A DNA stretch of 64,000 bases from an uncultured Gammaproteobacteria bacterium (GCA_965231005.1 OZ246405.1:866709-930708); one strand, 5' to 3'; positions 27,639-38,082 are shown, counted from the stretch's first letter. Program-made: numbers and translations. The notes: generated by a model not told the origin, from the letters alone.

Positions 27639-27665
27639 TTAGCACTCTCCTACTAGGAGTGACAA
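27639..27665 (+). promoter_or_regulatory. CIRCE-like inverted repeat (HrcA operator) overlapping the clpB transcription start
   Basis: TTAGCACTC, 9-nt spacer, GAGTGACAA versus consensus TTAGCACTC-N9-GAGTGCTAA (16/18 match, exact 9-nt spacer), 3 nt downstream of the -10. Confidence 0.65.
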
Positions 27666-27678
27666 ATATATATAAACA

Positions 27679-30327
27679 TTGGAATATATGGGACCACAAA
27701 ATTTTACGCACAAATCACAAGAAGCACTTCAGCGAGCTGCTCAAATTTCAAATGAAAATGGACAGCCTCATATTGAGCCGCCTCATCTTTTCTTAGCACT
27801 AATTTTGCAAGAAGAAGGTGTTGTTGTTTCTATTCTTAAAAAGCTTCACGTTGCTATTCCCCCACTTCGAACAGAGATTCAGCAGATGATTAGTGGATTG
27901 CCAAAACAGTTTGGACAAGTTCCAGGTGGATTTGGTCAGATTATGATGGGACAAGCAATGATGTATATTTTGCAAGTTGCAAGTCAAGAATCTCAAAAAA
28001 TGAGTGATGAATATATTAGTGTTGAACACATTCTTCTTGCATATTTAAAAAATAAAAATCCAATTAGTGATACATTACTTCAAATGGGTATTCATTATGA
28101 TGATGTGTTGAAAGTACTTGTTCAAGTGAGAGGAAACCAACGTGTTGATTCCCCTTCTCCTGAAAGTAAGTATCAAGCATTGGAAAAGTATGGAAAAAAT
28201 TTCACAGAACTTGCACGGCAAGAAAAACTTGATCCAGTTATTGGAAGAGATGATGAAATTCGTCGTGTCATGCAGGTGTTAAGTCGTAGAACAAAAAATA
28301 ATCCAGTACTTATTGGAGAGCCAGGTGTTGGGAAGACGGCTATTGCAGAAGGTCTTGCACAGCGAATTGTAAATGGTGATGTTCCTGAAAGTTTACAAGA
28401 CAAAGAAGTTATTGGACTTGATATTGGTGCATTAGTTGCAGGAACAAAGTTCCGTGGTGAATTTGAAGAACGATTTAAAGCAGTATTGAAAGAAGTGACT
28501 GAATCTCAAGGAGATGTTGTATTGTTTATAGATGAGCTTCATACAATTGTAGGGGCTGGATCAAGCGAAGGAGCTGTTGATGCAAGTAATATGCTTAAAC
28601 CAGCACTTGCACGTGGTGAACTTCATACAATTGGTGCAACCACAATTAAGGAATATCAAAAGTATATTGAGCGAGATGCAGCGTTTGAACGTCGTTTTCA
28701 ACCTGTACATGTAAGTGAACCAAGTGTTGAAGATGCTGTTTCTATTTTGCGGGGAATTAAAGAAAAGTATGAAGTGCATCATGGTGTGCGAATTACAGAT
28801 AAAGCAGTTGTCTCAGCTGTGGAACTTTCAAATCGATATATTTCTGATAGATTTTTGCCAGATAAGGCAATTGATTTGATCGACGAAGCAACATCTGCGC
28901 TTCGCATGGAGATTGATTCTATGCCAGACGATCTTGATAAAATGAAGCGCAAGATTATGAAGCTTGAAGTTGAACTTGAGGCATTGAAAAAAGAAAAAGA
29001 CAAAGAGTCAAAAGAGCGTCTTAATGAAATTAAGCAGCAATTGGAAAATCTTAAAGAACAGAGTAATGAACTTGAAGTTCATTGGAAAAATGAGAAAGAA
29101 ATTATCATGCGTATTCGAGAAGGAAAAAAGCAAATCGATCAATTGAAACAAGAAGCAGAAATTTCTGAACGTCATGGAAATCTCCAAAAGATTGCTGAGA
29201 TTCGTTATTCTCAAATACCAAAGATTGAGTCACAGATTAAAGATGATGAAAAAAACCTTGCAACAATTCAGCAAGGCCGTGCAATTCTAAAAGAAGAAGT
29301 GACTGAAGAAGATATTGCAGCAGTTGTTGCACGCTGGACAGGAATTCCTGTATCAAAGATGCTTCAAGATGAGGTTGTGAAATTGGCTCATATGGAGGAA
29401 GATCTTGCAAAACGTGTTATTGGTCAACATGAGGCAATTACAGCTGTCTCAAACGCAATTAGACGCTCTCGTGCAGGTGTTTCAGAGGAAAATAGACCAA
29501 TCGGTTCATTTCTCTTTATGGGACCAACAGGAGTTGGAAAAACTGAGCTTGCAAAGGCACTAGCAGAATTATTGTTTAATGATGAAGATGCAATTGTTCG
29601 TGTGGACATGAGTGAATACATGGAAAGACATTCTGTAAGTAAAATGTTTGGTTCTGCTCCTGGATATATCGGCTACGAAGAAGGCGGACAACTTACTGAA
29701 AAAATTCGACGTCGTCCGTACTCTGTAGTTCTATTTGATGAAGTAGAAAAGGCACATCCAGAAGTGTTTAATGTTATGCTTCAAATTCTTGAAGATGGAC
29801 ATTTAACAGATGCAAAAGGAAGAAAAGTCAATTTCAAAAATACTGTAATTATCATGACAAGTAATATTGCTTCAAAGCTTATTATGGAAATGGGTAGAAA
29901 AGGTGAATTTGGATTTGAAGGTGAACGAACAAAAACTCCAAAAGTAAAGCAAGAGAAAATGAAAAGTAAGGTTATGGAAGCACTGCGTGGTCATTTTAAG
30001 CCAGAGTTCTTAAATAGAATTGATGAAATCATCACTTTTCATCCACTTGATGAAAAGCAAATACGGCATATTGTTGATCTTCAACTTGAACGAATTAAGA
30101 AAAGACTTGAAAAGAAAAAAATATCGCTTGATGTTAGCAAGAAGGCAAAAGATTGGCTTGGCAAGAAAGGATATGATCCTGACCACGGTGCTCGTCCATT
30201 GAAGCGAGTACTCCAATCAGAATTGCTTGATGAAATTGCCATGGAAATTATTCAGAAAAAAGTTGATAATGGCGATACAGTAAAGATTGATATTGAGAAG
30301 GACAAACTCGCACTATCAAAAAAATAA
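27679..30327 (+). CDS. clpB: ATP-dependent chaperone ClpB (two AAA+ domains with coiled-coil M-domain)
   Basis: 882 aa; Clp N-domain, Walker A GEPGVGKT and GPTGVGKT, long coiled-coil between NBD1 and NBD2, sensor-2 GARPLKR. Confidence 0.9.
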   Translation: MEYMGPQNFTHKSQEALQRAAQISNENGQPHIEPPHLFLALILQEEGVVVSILKKLHVAIPPLRTEIQQMISGLPKQFGQVPGGFGQIMMGQAMMYILQVASQESQKMSDEYISVEHILLAYLKNKNPISDTLLQMGIHYDDVLKVLVQVRGNQRVDSPSPESKYQALEKYGKNFTELARQEKLDPVIGRDDEIRRVMQVLSRRTKNNPVLIGEPGVGKTAIAEGLAQRIVNGDVPESLQDKEVIGLDIGALVAGTKFRGEFEERFKAVLKEVTESQGDVVLFIDELHTIVGAGSSEGAVDASNMLKPALARGELHTIGATTIKEYQKYIERDAAFERRFQPVHVSEPSVEDAVSILRGIKEKYEVHHGVRITDKAVVSAVELSNRYISDRFLPDKAIDLIDEATSALRMEIDSMPDDLDKMKRKIMKLEVELEALKKEKDKESKERLNEIKQQLENLKEQSNELEVHWKNEKEIIMRIREGKKQIDQLKQEAEISERHGNLQKIAEIRYSQIPKIESQIKDDEKNLATIQQGRAILKEEVTEEDIAAVVARWTGIPVSKMLQDEVVKLAHMEEDLAKRVIGQHEAITAVSNAIRRSRAGVSEENRPIGSFLFMGPTGVGKTELAKALAELLFNDEDAIVRVDMSEYMERHSVSKMFGSAPGYIGYEEGGQLTEKIRRRPYSVVLFDEVEKAHPEVFNVMLQILEDGHLTDAKGRKVNFKNTVIIMTSNIASKLIMEMGRKGEFGFEGERTKTPKVKQEKMKSKVMEALRGHFKPEFLNRIDEIITFHPLDEKQIRHIVDLQLERIKKRLEKKKISLDVSKKAKDWLGKKGYDPDHGARPLKRVLQSELLDEIAMEIIQKKVDNGDTVKIDIEKDKLALSKK

Positions 30328-30344
30328 AATTTTTCTAAAGTAAA

Positions 30345-30369
30345 AACAGCTCAATGGGGCTGTTTTTTC
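30345..30369 (+). terminator. Intrinsic terminator after clpB (AACAGC / GCTGTT stem, then T-run)
   Basis: 6-bp stem, 8-nt loop, followed by TTTTCT; preceded by AAAAA. Confidence 0.45.
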
Positions 30370-30436
30370 TTGACAATAATAAAAGAATCACGGTATTCTC
30401 TAGATGGCAATGGTGCCAAAATACTAGGAGGTCAAC

Positions 30437-30910
30437 ATGGTTGATCCAATGGAGCACGTCGTGCCCCCTATGCCATCTCCTAGCGCTACTATTGCACGCA
30501 TAGGAGATATCTCAAACGATGAGAGGGCAGCAGCCAAGAGGTTCGAAGAGATCATTCCTGAACAAATAGGGCAAGGCTGGACAGCGTACCCAATCATTGG
30601 AATCGGGCGACGAAGAAATCTCCGGCTGCACGCGAAGTTCATAAGCGAATGCTTTGGGATTGAGTATATCGCAATTAAGCGGGTAGAAGTCCACAGCGTG
30701 TGGATTCCCCCAACCATTAGCAACGGGAACCTAAGAGAATTTCAATGCAAGATAGTGCTGAAAAATCATTTTGAAACAATCTGCAAGTACCACATTGTTA
30801 CTTGCACGTCAATTTTTCAGATGGTAGTCTTTCTTGCAAAATTGCGCAGAATTCGCTTTCGGGAGAGTGGTCAGACAATGATTGGAGGTATGGAGGGACT
30901 CCAGAAATAA
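30437..30910 (+). CDS. Hypothetical protein; 5' half GC-rich (~52%) with a canonical AGGAGG SD
   Basis: 157-aa ORF framed by a TTGACA/-10-like promoter, AGGAGG 7 nt before the ATG, and a strong downstream terminator hairpin; antisense ORF also open; I could not recognise the region as a known RNA family. Confidence 0.4.
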   Translation: MVDPMEHVVPPMPSPSATIARIGDISNDERAAAKRFEEIIPEQIGQGWTAYPIIGIGRRRNLRLHAKFISECFGIEYIAIKRVEVHSVWIPPTISNGNLREFQCKIVLKNHFETICKYHIVTCTSIFQMVVFLAKLRRIRFRESGQTMIGGMEGLQK

Positions 30911-30941
30911 CGATGACGCGCAAGGGAGACGCGTCATCGTT
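30909..30941. terminator. Bidirectional terminator: 12-bp perfect GC-rich stem between convergent genes
   Basis: AACGATGACGCG, 9-nt loop, CGCGTCATCGTT; on the minus strand followed by TTATTTCT, 9 nt after the ferredoxin stop. Confidence 0.55.
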
Positions 30942-30949
30942 GGAAAATA

Positions 30950-31276
30950 TTAGTTCTCTGGAAATATTTTGGCACCATGCTCATCATAGAGGTGAATTGC
31001 AAGCGTTGGACATGATTGGGCTCCAAGAAGAATCGTATCTTCGTCTTCTGAGTCAGGATCTACTACATATGCCAGATTTTCATCATCCATTTGAAAAACA
31101 CCAGGTGCAACAACAACACATGAACGTGCACCAATACAACCTTGTCTATCTACTACAATCCTTCGTATCTTTCCACCTTTTCTAATTCCTTGCGATAGAT
31201 CTTCTGGAAGGTCTTCGGGAATGACAACATCTGGAAATGCCTCTTGTAATTTTTTTTTAATGTCTTCTTGTGTCAT
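30950..31276 (-). CDS. Single-cluster 4Fe-4S ferredoxin (Pyrococcus-type)
   Basis: 108 aa; DRQGCIGARSC...PGVFQMDDE...AQSCPTLAI matches the D-C-I-G-x-x-C ... C-P mono-cluster ferredoxin pattern. Confidence 0.7.
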   Translation of the reverse strand: MTQEDIKKKLQEAFPDVVIPEDLPEDLSQGIRKGGKIRRIVVDRQGCIGARSCVVVAPGVFQMDDENLAYVVDPDSEDEDTILLGAQSCPTLAIHLYDEHGAKIFPEN

Positions 31277-31279
31277 AGA

Positions 31280-31612
31280 TTATGTTATATCTTCTAAAAA
31301 ATCTCCTTCAAGTCCTTTGATTACTTTTTTTTCTTCTTGCTCAATATCAATTTCTTTTCCAGACATATCCTCTCCCCCATCCTCGATATCTGCAATAACA
31401 GTTTCTGGAGAAGTAGAAAGAATAATGTGCGTGTCATTGATCTCAACATTTGGAGATTGAGCACAATAGCCAAGGCAGCCACAATAATCAAGATCCATAG
31501 TATCATTTTTTTCACCAGGTTTCAAACCTGTTTTTTTATTTATTTCTTCCATAACTCGTTCAGCACCGAAACTTGTGCATGATCGGCTACAGCATACGCG
31601 AACTTTTTTCAT
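31280..31612 (-). CDS. Thioredoxin-like [2Fe-2S] ferredoxin (NuoE/HndA-like)
   Basis: Cys pattern C-x4-C ... C-x3-C (VCCSRSC ... CGCLGYC); likely start MKKVRV at 31612, 3 nt after the upstream stop (track ORF extends to 31657). Confidence 0.6.
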   Translation of the reverse strand: MKKVRVCCSRSCTSFGAERVMEEINKKTGLKPGEKNDTMDLDYCGCLGYCAQSPNVEINDTHIILSTSPETVIADIEDGGEDMSGKEIDIEQEEKKVIKGLEGDFLEDIT

Positions 31613-31614
31613 AC

Positions 31615-31902
31615 TTACATGCCTAAAAATGCTTTTAACTCTTCTGGAGCCTCCCATGGTGGATCAAATGTCACAACAATTTGAACGTTGTCAAACCCAA
31701 TGCTTTCAAGATTGTTTCTTACTTGATCTTGCAGCATTGGAGCAGCAGGACAAAACGGAGTCGTAAATGTCATTGTTATTTGAACAGAAGAGTCGCTTGT
31801 TACTTGAATATCATAAATTAATCCCATTGTCCAAATATCAATGCCAAGATCTGGGTCAAGTACCATCTTTAATTGGTCAATAATGCTGTCCTTATTTTTC
31901 AT
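31615..31902 (-). CDS. sufT: SufT/DUF59 (MIP18-family) Fe-S assembly protein
   Basis: 95 aa; LDPDLGIDIWTMGLIYDI...TFTTPFCPAAPML... is the DUF59 signature with a conserved Cys. Confidence 0.7.
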   Translation of the reverse strand: MKNKDSIIDQLKMVLDPDLGIDIWTMGLIYDIQVTSDSSVQITMTFTTPFCPAAPMLQDQVRNNLESIGFDNVQIVVTFDPPWEAPEELKAFLGM

Positions 31903-31905
31903 ACA

Positions 31906-32637
31906 TTATGTTTTATACGATTCGAACCCTTCTTTTTCAATGTTCTTTGCTAATTCTTTATCACCACTATCTACAATTTTTCCATCGAGCATGATGTGTA
32001 CATGATCTGGAGAAATATACTTTAGTATGTTGTTGTAGTGTGTAATGAAAAGTATTCCTTTTCCTTGTCTTTTAAAATTATTTATTCCTTTGCATACAAG
32101 TTTAAGCGCATCAACATCTAATCCAGAGTCAATTTCATCAAATACTGCATACTGTGGATTTAATACAAGTAGTTGTAGTATTTCAAATTTTTTCTTTTCT
32201 CCACCAGAAAATCCAACATTGAGATGTCGTGACAAAAATGCAGCATCAATATCAAGTGTTTCAGCAGTCTCTTTAAGTTGATTGAAAAATACAATTGGAT
32301 GTTGTTTTTTTCCTGTACGTGCCTGAACAGAGCTTCGCAAAAAATTTGCAACAGTAATTCCAGGAATTTCAGGTGGATGTTGTGGTGAAAGAAATATTCC
32401 CTTCTTTGCTCGTTCATCTGGTGGTGCATCTGTCACTTCTACATTGTCAACAATAATGTCTCCAGATGTAACAGTATACTTTGGGTGTCCTGCAAGCGTA
32501 TTTGCTAGCGTCGACTTTCCAGATCCGTTTGGACCCATAATAACATGAATTTCTCCTGGATTAATTGTAATATCAATATGCTTCAAGATATCTTTTTTTC
32601 CTAACCCAGCTGTCAGTTTTTGAATATTAAGCGACAT
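31906..32637 (-). CDS. sufC: Fe-S cluster assembly ATPase SufC
   Basis: 243 aa; Walker A GPNGSGKST, ABC signature LSGGEKKK, Walker B. Confidence 0.9.
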   Translation of the reverse strand: MSLNIQKLTAGLGKKDILKHIDITINPGEIHVIMGPNGSGKSTLANTLAGHPKYTVTSGDIIVDNVEVTDAPPDERAKKGIFLSPQHPPEIPGITVANFLRSSVQARTGKKQHPIVFFNQLKETAETLDIDAAFLSRHLNVGFSGGEKKKFEILQLLVLNPQYAVFDEIDSGLDVDALKLVCKGINNFKRQGKGILFITHYNNILKYISPDHVHIMLDGKIVDSGDKELAKNIEKEGFESYKT

Positions 32638-33022
32638 ATGTTCTCATCATATAATGAATAGTTTTCAGTCCAAGCAATGCACATTTTTCTCGATTTTTTG
32701 AAATTGGAATAGCTAGTGTAGCAATACAATCTTCTTCTGTAAATGCTAAGGCTTCTGTGATCGTCTTTCCAGCAAATTGCTCTGTTAGTAGTGATATTGA
32801 TGCCTGTGATATTGCACAGCCAGTTCCTACAAACGCAATATCCTTGATAATTTGATTTTCTAAAACAATTTGTATCGTAATATCATCACCACAGTGCGGA
32901 TTATATCCACGCTGAACAATGGTTGGATTTGAAATAGTTCTCTTGTTTATAGGATTTCTATATAACTCAAGGATATGTTCTTTATACAATTCTTCCATAG
33001 TACTAAATACTAAACAAGTCAA
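32627..33022 (-). CDS. sufU: SufU/IscU-like Fe-S scaffold (NifU N-terminal domain)
   Basis: Conserved Cys in GDDITI, GTGCAIS, and later C; the true start is probably MEELYKEH (internal Met). Confidence 0.75.
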   Translation of the reverse strand: MTCLVFSTMEELYKEHILELYRNPINKRTISNPTIVQRGYNPHCGDDITIQIVLENQIIKDIAFVGTGCAISQASISLLTEQFAGKTITEALAFTEEDCIATLAIPISKNREKCALLGLKTIHYMMRTYVA

Positions 33023-34199
33023 TAATATTTTTTAGCTCCTGAATAAGGATATCAATGTCTTCTTCTGTATTATAAATTCCAAAAGATATTCTTGATGTAC
33101 CATTCAATGCCAAATGTTTCATTAGTGGCATAGCACAGTGATGACCAGCACGCACTGCAATCTCCTTCTTTCCTAACAAATCTGCAATATCATGAGTATG
33201 TATTCCATCAATGATGAATGAAATAACTCCAGATCTTTGTTTTTGTGGTCCGATAATAGTAACACTTGGAATTTCCAAAAGCTTTTTGAGTGCATACGAT
33301 GTTAAGTGCTTTTCATGCATTTGGATTTGATCAATCCCTATTTGTTGAATATATGTAATTGCTGCATCCAATCCAATCACTCCGGAAATGTTGGGGGTGC
33401 CAGATTCCATCTTTTGTGGAACAGGAAGCCATGTCGCGTCCGTATACGAACTTTCAGAGACCATTCCACCACCTAGGAAGAAAGGATCTATATTTGCAAG
33501 AAGTTCCTGTGTTGCACAAAGAACGCCCACTCCTGTTGGACCATATATTTTATGCCCAGAAAATACTGCTGCATCACATCCGAGTTCTTTCATAGAGAAT
33601 GGAATATGTCCAACTGCCTGTGCAGCATCAACAATTGTTATTGCGTTCACCTTTTTCGCTATAGATATAAGTTCCTTTGTTGGACTAATAGATCCTATTG
33701 AATTTGATACAGCGGAAAAAGATACTATTTTTGTTTTTGAATCTATAAGCTCTTGTGCAGACGTCATGTCCAGTGTTAAATTTTTTGTAAGTTCAATAAA
33801 TCTGAGCTCTACTCCTTTTTCTTTTGCTATGACTTGCCATGGAAGAAGATTTGCATGATGTTCATATCGAGTGAGAACAATATTGTCTCCTTTTTCGCAC
33901 CTGTCTGAAAGCTGTGATGCAAGGAGATTAATGCCATGTGTTGTTCCTGAGGTAAAAATAATCTGGTCACTTTTGGCCTCCAAAAAATCAGCAACTGTTT
34001 TCCGTGCCTGCTCAAATGTAGCTGTTGCTTTTTCACTCATTGGATACAAGCCTCTGTGAACACTTGCAGGATAATCAGTATAATATTCTTGTATAGCATC
34101 AATAACAACCATTGGCACGAGTGCTGTTGCCGCAGTATCAAAATATCGAAGATTTGGATTCTTCATTAGTACTGGAAAATCTGCTTTATAATTATTCAT
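33003..34199 (-). CDS. sufS: Cysteine desulfurase SufS (class V aminotransferase, group II)
   Basis: YFDTAATALVP N-terminus, PLP Lys region (SGHKIYGPTG), active-site Cys (RAGHHCAMP); start placed at MNNYKADFPVL (GGAG 7 nt upstream) because the longer ORF would overlap sufD by 100 nt. Confidence 0.85.
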   Translation of the reverse strand: MNNYKADFPVLMKNPNLRYFDTAATALVPMVVIDAIQEYYTDYPASVHRGLYPMSEKATATFEQARKTVADFLEAKSDQIIFTSGTTHGINLLASQLSDRCEKGDNIVLTRYEHHANLLPWQVIAKEKGVELRFIELTKNLTLDMTSAQELIDSKTKIVSFSAVSNSIGSISPTKELISIAKKVNAITIVDAAQAVGHIPFSMKELGCDAAVFSGHKIYGPTGVGVLCATQELLANIDPFFLGGGMVSESSYTDATWLPVPQKMESGTPNISGVIGLDAAITYIQQIGIDQIQMHEKHLTSYALKKLLEIPSVTIIGPQKQRSGVISFIIDGIHTHDIADLLGKKEIAVRAGHHCAMPLMKHLALNGTSRISFGIYNTEEDIDILIQELKNIIDLFSI

Positions 34200-35163
34200 A
34201 AGCATACTCCTTTCTAATAAGCCCAGACACATATGGTTGGATTGAGATAGGAATTTTTGAAAGAATTGGGTCAACATGTGCATGAATTGCATGATTTATT
34301 GCCTCTTTCCGCTCTATACCACGAGATTGAAGATAAAACAATGTATTTGAATCAACAGATCTTGTTGATACCCCATGAGAACAGGAAATATCATTTCGCT
34401 TTGCATCAAGATCTGGGATAGCATATATTGTTGCATCTTTTGATAATGAAATAGTTCGTTCCTTCTGCTTTCCTTGTGCTCCGCTTGCTGTTTTTTCAAT
34501 ATTGATAAGACTTCTATATGTCACTCTTGCATTGTCATCAATTACTCCTCGTGTTTTCAAAATGCTTTTTGTGTGTTTCCCAATATGATGCGTTGCATGA
34601 TACAAATCATATTCTTGGTGTTTCGATGCTGAAAAAATACCATATGTATTTGCCTCAGCATAATCATGCATCAAGTAATTTTCTATTGAAGCTGTGTTTT
34701 TCCTAGATCCAACCTGTATGTCATTCCATGTTATGGATGCATGTTCATAGAGATATGCTTTTCTTTTTACATGTTGTACATCTTTCTCAGCTCCACGCTG
34801 CAAAGAAGTATATGTGATTTGTGCGTGTTTATTTACAAAAACAAAGACATGCAAATCAAGAGATGTCAGAGCATTGATATGTTCTATCACCTCGACTGAC
34901 TGTGCTTCACTAAGTGTAAATCCTATAACAATTTTTGAATCAACGTTTTGTGAGCTAATTTGTAACTCTACAGGGTGCTCACTTTTCTCCTGCAATGAAA
35001 TTGAAAAAAAATCTGTTGCATCACCCAGCACTTCTTTCTGATCTTGTAAGTATGTCTCATCAAACAATTCTTTCCATGCTGAATAGTTATCAACCTGATC
35101 TATGACAATGTTTGGACTATTAGTTTCAATAAATACTGATTTTTTACTCATATTATTATCCAA
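34192..35163 (-). CDS. sufD: Fe-S cluster assembly protein SufD
   Basis: 323 aa; C-terminal beta-helix region similar to SufB; position between sufB and sufS. Confidence 0.75.
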   Translation of the reverse strand: MDNNMSKKSVFIETNSPNIVIDQVDNYSAWKELFDETYLQDQKEVLGDATDFFSISLQEKSEHPVELQISSQNVDSKIVIGFTLSEAQSVEVIEHINALTSLDLHVFVFVNKHAQITYTSLQRGAEKDVQHVKRKAYLYEHASITWNDIQVGSRKNTASIENYLMHDYAEANTYGIFSASKHQEYDLYHATHHIGKHTKSILKTRGVIDDNARVTYRSLINIEKTASGAQGKQKERTISLSKDATIYAIPDLDAKRNDISCSHGVSTRSVDSNTLFYLQSRGIERKEAINHAIHAHVDPILSKIPISIQPYVSGLIRKEYAYE

Positions 35164-36487
35164 TAGAACCTTTCATTTCGAGTTCAACAAGTCTATTTAG
35201 CTCAACAGCATACTCAAATGGAAGTGCTGTAACAATTGGTTCAACAAAACCTCCAACAATCATTTGTGTTGCAAGTTCAGGAGTCAGTCCACGTGATTGT
35301 AAATAAAATAATGCTGCTTCACTAATATTTCCAACATGTGCCTCATGTGCTATCTCAACGTCATTGTGTTGGATGTCCATTACAGGATGTGTTGTGCTCG
35401 TAGAATGTTCATCGATAAGAAGTGCATCACAATCTACAGATACGCTAGATCCTGCTCCTCGCTTTGTTACTTTTACAAGTCCACGATAGCTATTTATGCC
35501 CCCATTTATTGAAATGGATTTTGATCGAATAGTAGATGAGGTATCTTTTGCAACATGAATAACTTTCATCCCTGTATCTTGATGTTGTCCCTTATTTGCA
35601 AAAGCAATACCAAGACTATTTGATCGAGCTCTGTCCCCTCTTAACACTGAACATGGATAGAGCATTGTCGTTCCACTGCCCATATTCCCATTGATCCATT
35701 CTATAGATGCATCAGCATCGACTAGTGCACGTTTTGTATTGAGATTATAGGTATTTTTTGACCAATTTTCTATTGAGTAGTATTTCGCATGAGCATTCTT
35801 ATGAACAAATACTTCAACACAACCAGCATGAAGGGAATTTTTTGTATAGCGCGGAGCACTACATCCTTCTATATACTCAATATACGATCCTTCATCTGCA
35901 ATTATCAGGGTATGTTCAAATTGACCTCCACGTTCTGCATTCATCCGAAAATATGCTTGAAGTGGCAGATCAACTTTCACGCCTTTCGGGACATAAATAA
36001 ATGTTCCGCCAGACCACACTGCTGCATGAAGCATAATAAATTTGTGGTCGTTGATAGGAATACATTGCGTCATGAAGTATTTTTTGACAAGCTCTGGATA
36101 CTCTTTTACTGCTGTATCCATGTTTTCAAAAATAACACCCTTTTCTGTCAGGTCTTTTTTAATATTATGATAGACAACATTGCTATCAAATTGTGCGCCA
36201 ACTCCTGCAAAAAAATTCTTTTCTGATTCAGGGATACCTAATTCATCAAACGTTTTTTTAATATTCTCTGGAACATCTTCCCAGGAATTTGTCTCTTCAA
36301 TTTCAGGATCAGTGTAATATACAATTTCACTCAAATCTAAGTTTGATAAGTCTGGTCCCCAATCTGGCATTTTTGCAGCTTTAAAGAGTTCAAAAGCCTT
36401 CAATCTTTTTTCAAGCATCCAGCTTGGCTCATCCTTTGAAGCAGAAATCTTTTTAATGAGTTTTTCATCCAATACTGCATTAGGCAT
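35156..36487 (-). CDS. sufB: Fe-S cluster assembly protein SufB
   Basis: 443 aa; characteristic SufB N-terminus and conserved C-terminal region. Confidence 0.9.
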   Translation of the reverse strand: MPNAVLDEKLIKKISASKDEPSWMLEKRLKAFELFKAAKMPDWGPDLSNLDLSEIVYYTDPEIEETNSWEDVPENIKKTFDELGIPESEKNFFAGVGAQFDSNVVYHNIKKDLTEKGVIFENMDTAVKEYPELVKKYFMTQCIPINDHKFIMLHAAVWSGGTFIYVPKGVKVDLPLQAYFRMNAERGGQFEHTLIIADEGSYIEYIEGCSAPRYTKNSLHAGCVEVFVHKNAHAKYYSIENWSKNTYNLNTKRALVDADASIEWINGNMGSGTTMLYPCSVLRGDRARSNSLGIAFANKGQHQDTGMKVIHVAKDTSSTIRSKSISINGGINSYRGLVKVTKRGAGSSVSVDCDALLIDEHSTSTTHPVMDIQHNDVEIAHEAHVGNISEAALFYLQSRGLTPELATQMIVGGFVEPIVTALPFEYAVELNRLVELEMKGSIG

Positions 36488-37679
36488 AACTTTTTTTATT
36501 CATACTTCTCACTTGTGGAATGACTTTTTTCAAGACTTTTACAACACGGAGTATATCTTTTTTTGTTGTCGACCTTCCTAAAGAGAATCTAATGCAGCTA
36601 TCTAGGCGGTCTTTTGACAGAACACAGGCTTTAAGCACATGTGAAGGTTCGTCTGTCTGAACAGAGCAGGCTGAACCAGATGATACTTGTATGCCTTGTG
36701 CATCAAGGTACAGAATTATACTTTCTGCATCAGCTCCAATAAATGACACACTCAAATTATTTACAAGCCTATGTGAGCTAGCAATATCTGGCCCATTGAG
36801 GACAGCATCATTGATGTGTTTCCTTATTTCTTCCCAAAAAAGATCGCGCAATATCTGTATTCTCTTTATTTCTTTTTCCTTCATAGCCTGTGTAATTTTT
36901 GCAGCCTCAGCAAAACCAACAATGCTTGCAGTATCTTCTGTTCCTGGGCGAAGTCCAAATTCCTGATCACCGCCAAAGAACGACGGTTCTATTTCAACTC
37001 CTCTTCTTTTATACAAAAGGCCAATTCCCTTTGGACCATAAATTTTTCCAGCATTCATTGAAAGAAGATCAACATGTAGTGAATCTGTATGTACATCAAG
37101 ATAATTTGTTGCTTGGCATGCGTCTGTGTGAAAGAGAGGAAATGAAGTGTTGTTCTTTTTTCTACAGCGCAATATTTTTTTCCCAATTTCTTGAATTGGA
37201 AGTATTGTTCCAATTTCATTGTTTGCTTGCATGATGGAAACCAAGATTGTATCCTCTCTGAGTGCATCCACAACCTGCTGTGCATAAATATTTCCTTCTT
37301 TATCTACTGGAATGTATGTTACTTCAAATCCTTGTTCTTCAAGATGCTTGAGTGGTTTTAAAATGGATGCGTGTTCAATTCCAGTTGAAATGATATGCTT
37401 TCCATCATTTTTATACTTCTTTGCAACACCAAAAATTGCTGTATTATTTGACTCTGTTCCACCACTTGTGAAAAAGATGGTATCAGGCGTAGTTTGTAAG
37501 ACACTTGCAATTGACTTTCTCGCATCTTCAATATGATTTCTTGCATCTTCTCCATCTCTATACAGTGAAGATGCATTTGCATAAGATGAGAAAAAAAATT
37601 TTTTCATCTTTTTGTGCACTTGCTGGTCAAGCGGTGTTGCAGCTGCATGGTCCAGATAAATTTTTTTCTTTTTAAACAT
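36480..37679 (-). CDS. iscS: IscS/NifS-like cysteine desulfurase (class V aminotransferase, group I)
   Basis: 399 aa; YLDHAAATP start, PLP-Lys region, SSGSACS active-site loop. Confidence 0.85.
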   Translation of the reverse strand: MFKKKKIYLDHAAATPLDQQVHKKMKKFFFSSYANASSLYRDGEDARNHIEDARKSIASVLQTTPDTIFFTSGGTESNNTAIFGVAKKYKNDGKHIISTGIEHASILKPLKHLEEQGFEVTYIPVDKEGNIYAQQVVDALREDTILVSIMQANNEIGTILPIQEIGKKILRCRKKNNTSFPLFHTDACQATNYLDVHTDSLHVDLLSMNAGKIYGPKGIGLLYKRRGVEIEPSFFGGDQEFGLRPGTEDTASIVGFAEAAKITQAMKEKEIKRIQILRDLFWEEIRKHINDAVLNGPDIASSHRLVNNLSVSFIGADAESIILYLDAQGIQVSSGSACSVQTDEPSHVLKACVLSKDRLDSCIRFSLGRSTTKKDILRVVKVLKKVIPQVRSMNKKSYA

Positions 37680-38082
37680 ATTGTTCTGATGCTATCTCAT
37701 GTAAGTAAGTAGAATTGAGAAAAGATGATATTTTCTTGTTTATAGGTAAAAGTGCTGGCTTACAAGGACAAAACTTCTCTTTTGGACATGCTTTCTTCTG
37801 AAAACATTTTGTCACCCCATATGGGCCTTCAATAGCCTCAATAACGTCCATCAGTGTAATTGCACTGAGTTCCTTTTCCAATTTATAGCCTCCATGTGCC
37901 CCTCTAACAGAAAATACAATACCAGCATCTTTTAATTGCTTTACTATTTTTTGCAAAAAGAGAAATGATATGGTACTCTCTTGAGAGAAACTGCGCAGAC
38001 TTAATAACTCTCCTTCTTTCAAGGAGTTTAGTTTTATCAAAAATTGGAGTGCGTAGTCTACTTGCTTATTCAGTTTAAACAT
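37672..38082 (-). CDS. Rrf2-family transcriptional regulator (IscR/SufR-like, 3-Cys Fe-S ligands)
   Basis: 136 aa; N-terminal wHTH (YALQFLIKL...) and C-x6-C-x5-C-P-C cysteine cluster. Confidence 0.8.
   Translation of the reverse strand: MFKLNKQVDYALQFLIKLNSLKEGELLSLRSFSQESTISFLFLQKIVKQLKDAGIVFSVRGAHGGYKLEKELSAITLMDVIEAIEGPYGVTKCFQKKACPKEKFCPCKPALLPINKKISSFLNSTYLHEIASEQYV

Noticed and set aside
30420-30730. tmRNA, RNase P RNA or SRP RNA in the GC-rich patch
   Set aside because: By-eye search found no tRNA-like acceptor/T-arm ends, no tag-peptide reading frame ending in a stop, and no GGAAAGUCCGGGC / AGGGUGAAA RNase P blocks. A GGCAGCAGCCAAG stretch only vaguely resembles SRP domain IV. Left as an open alternative needing cmscan.
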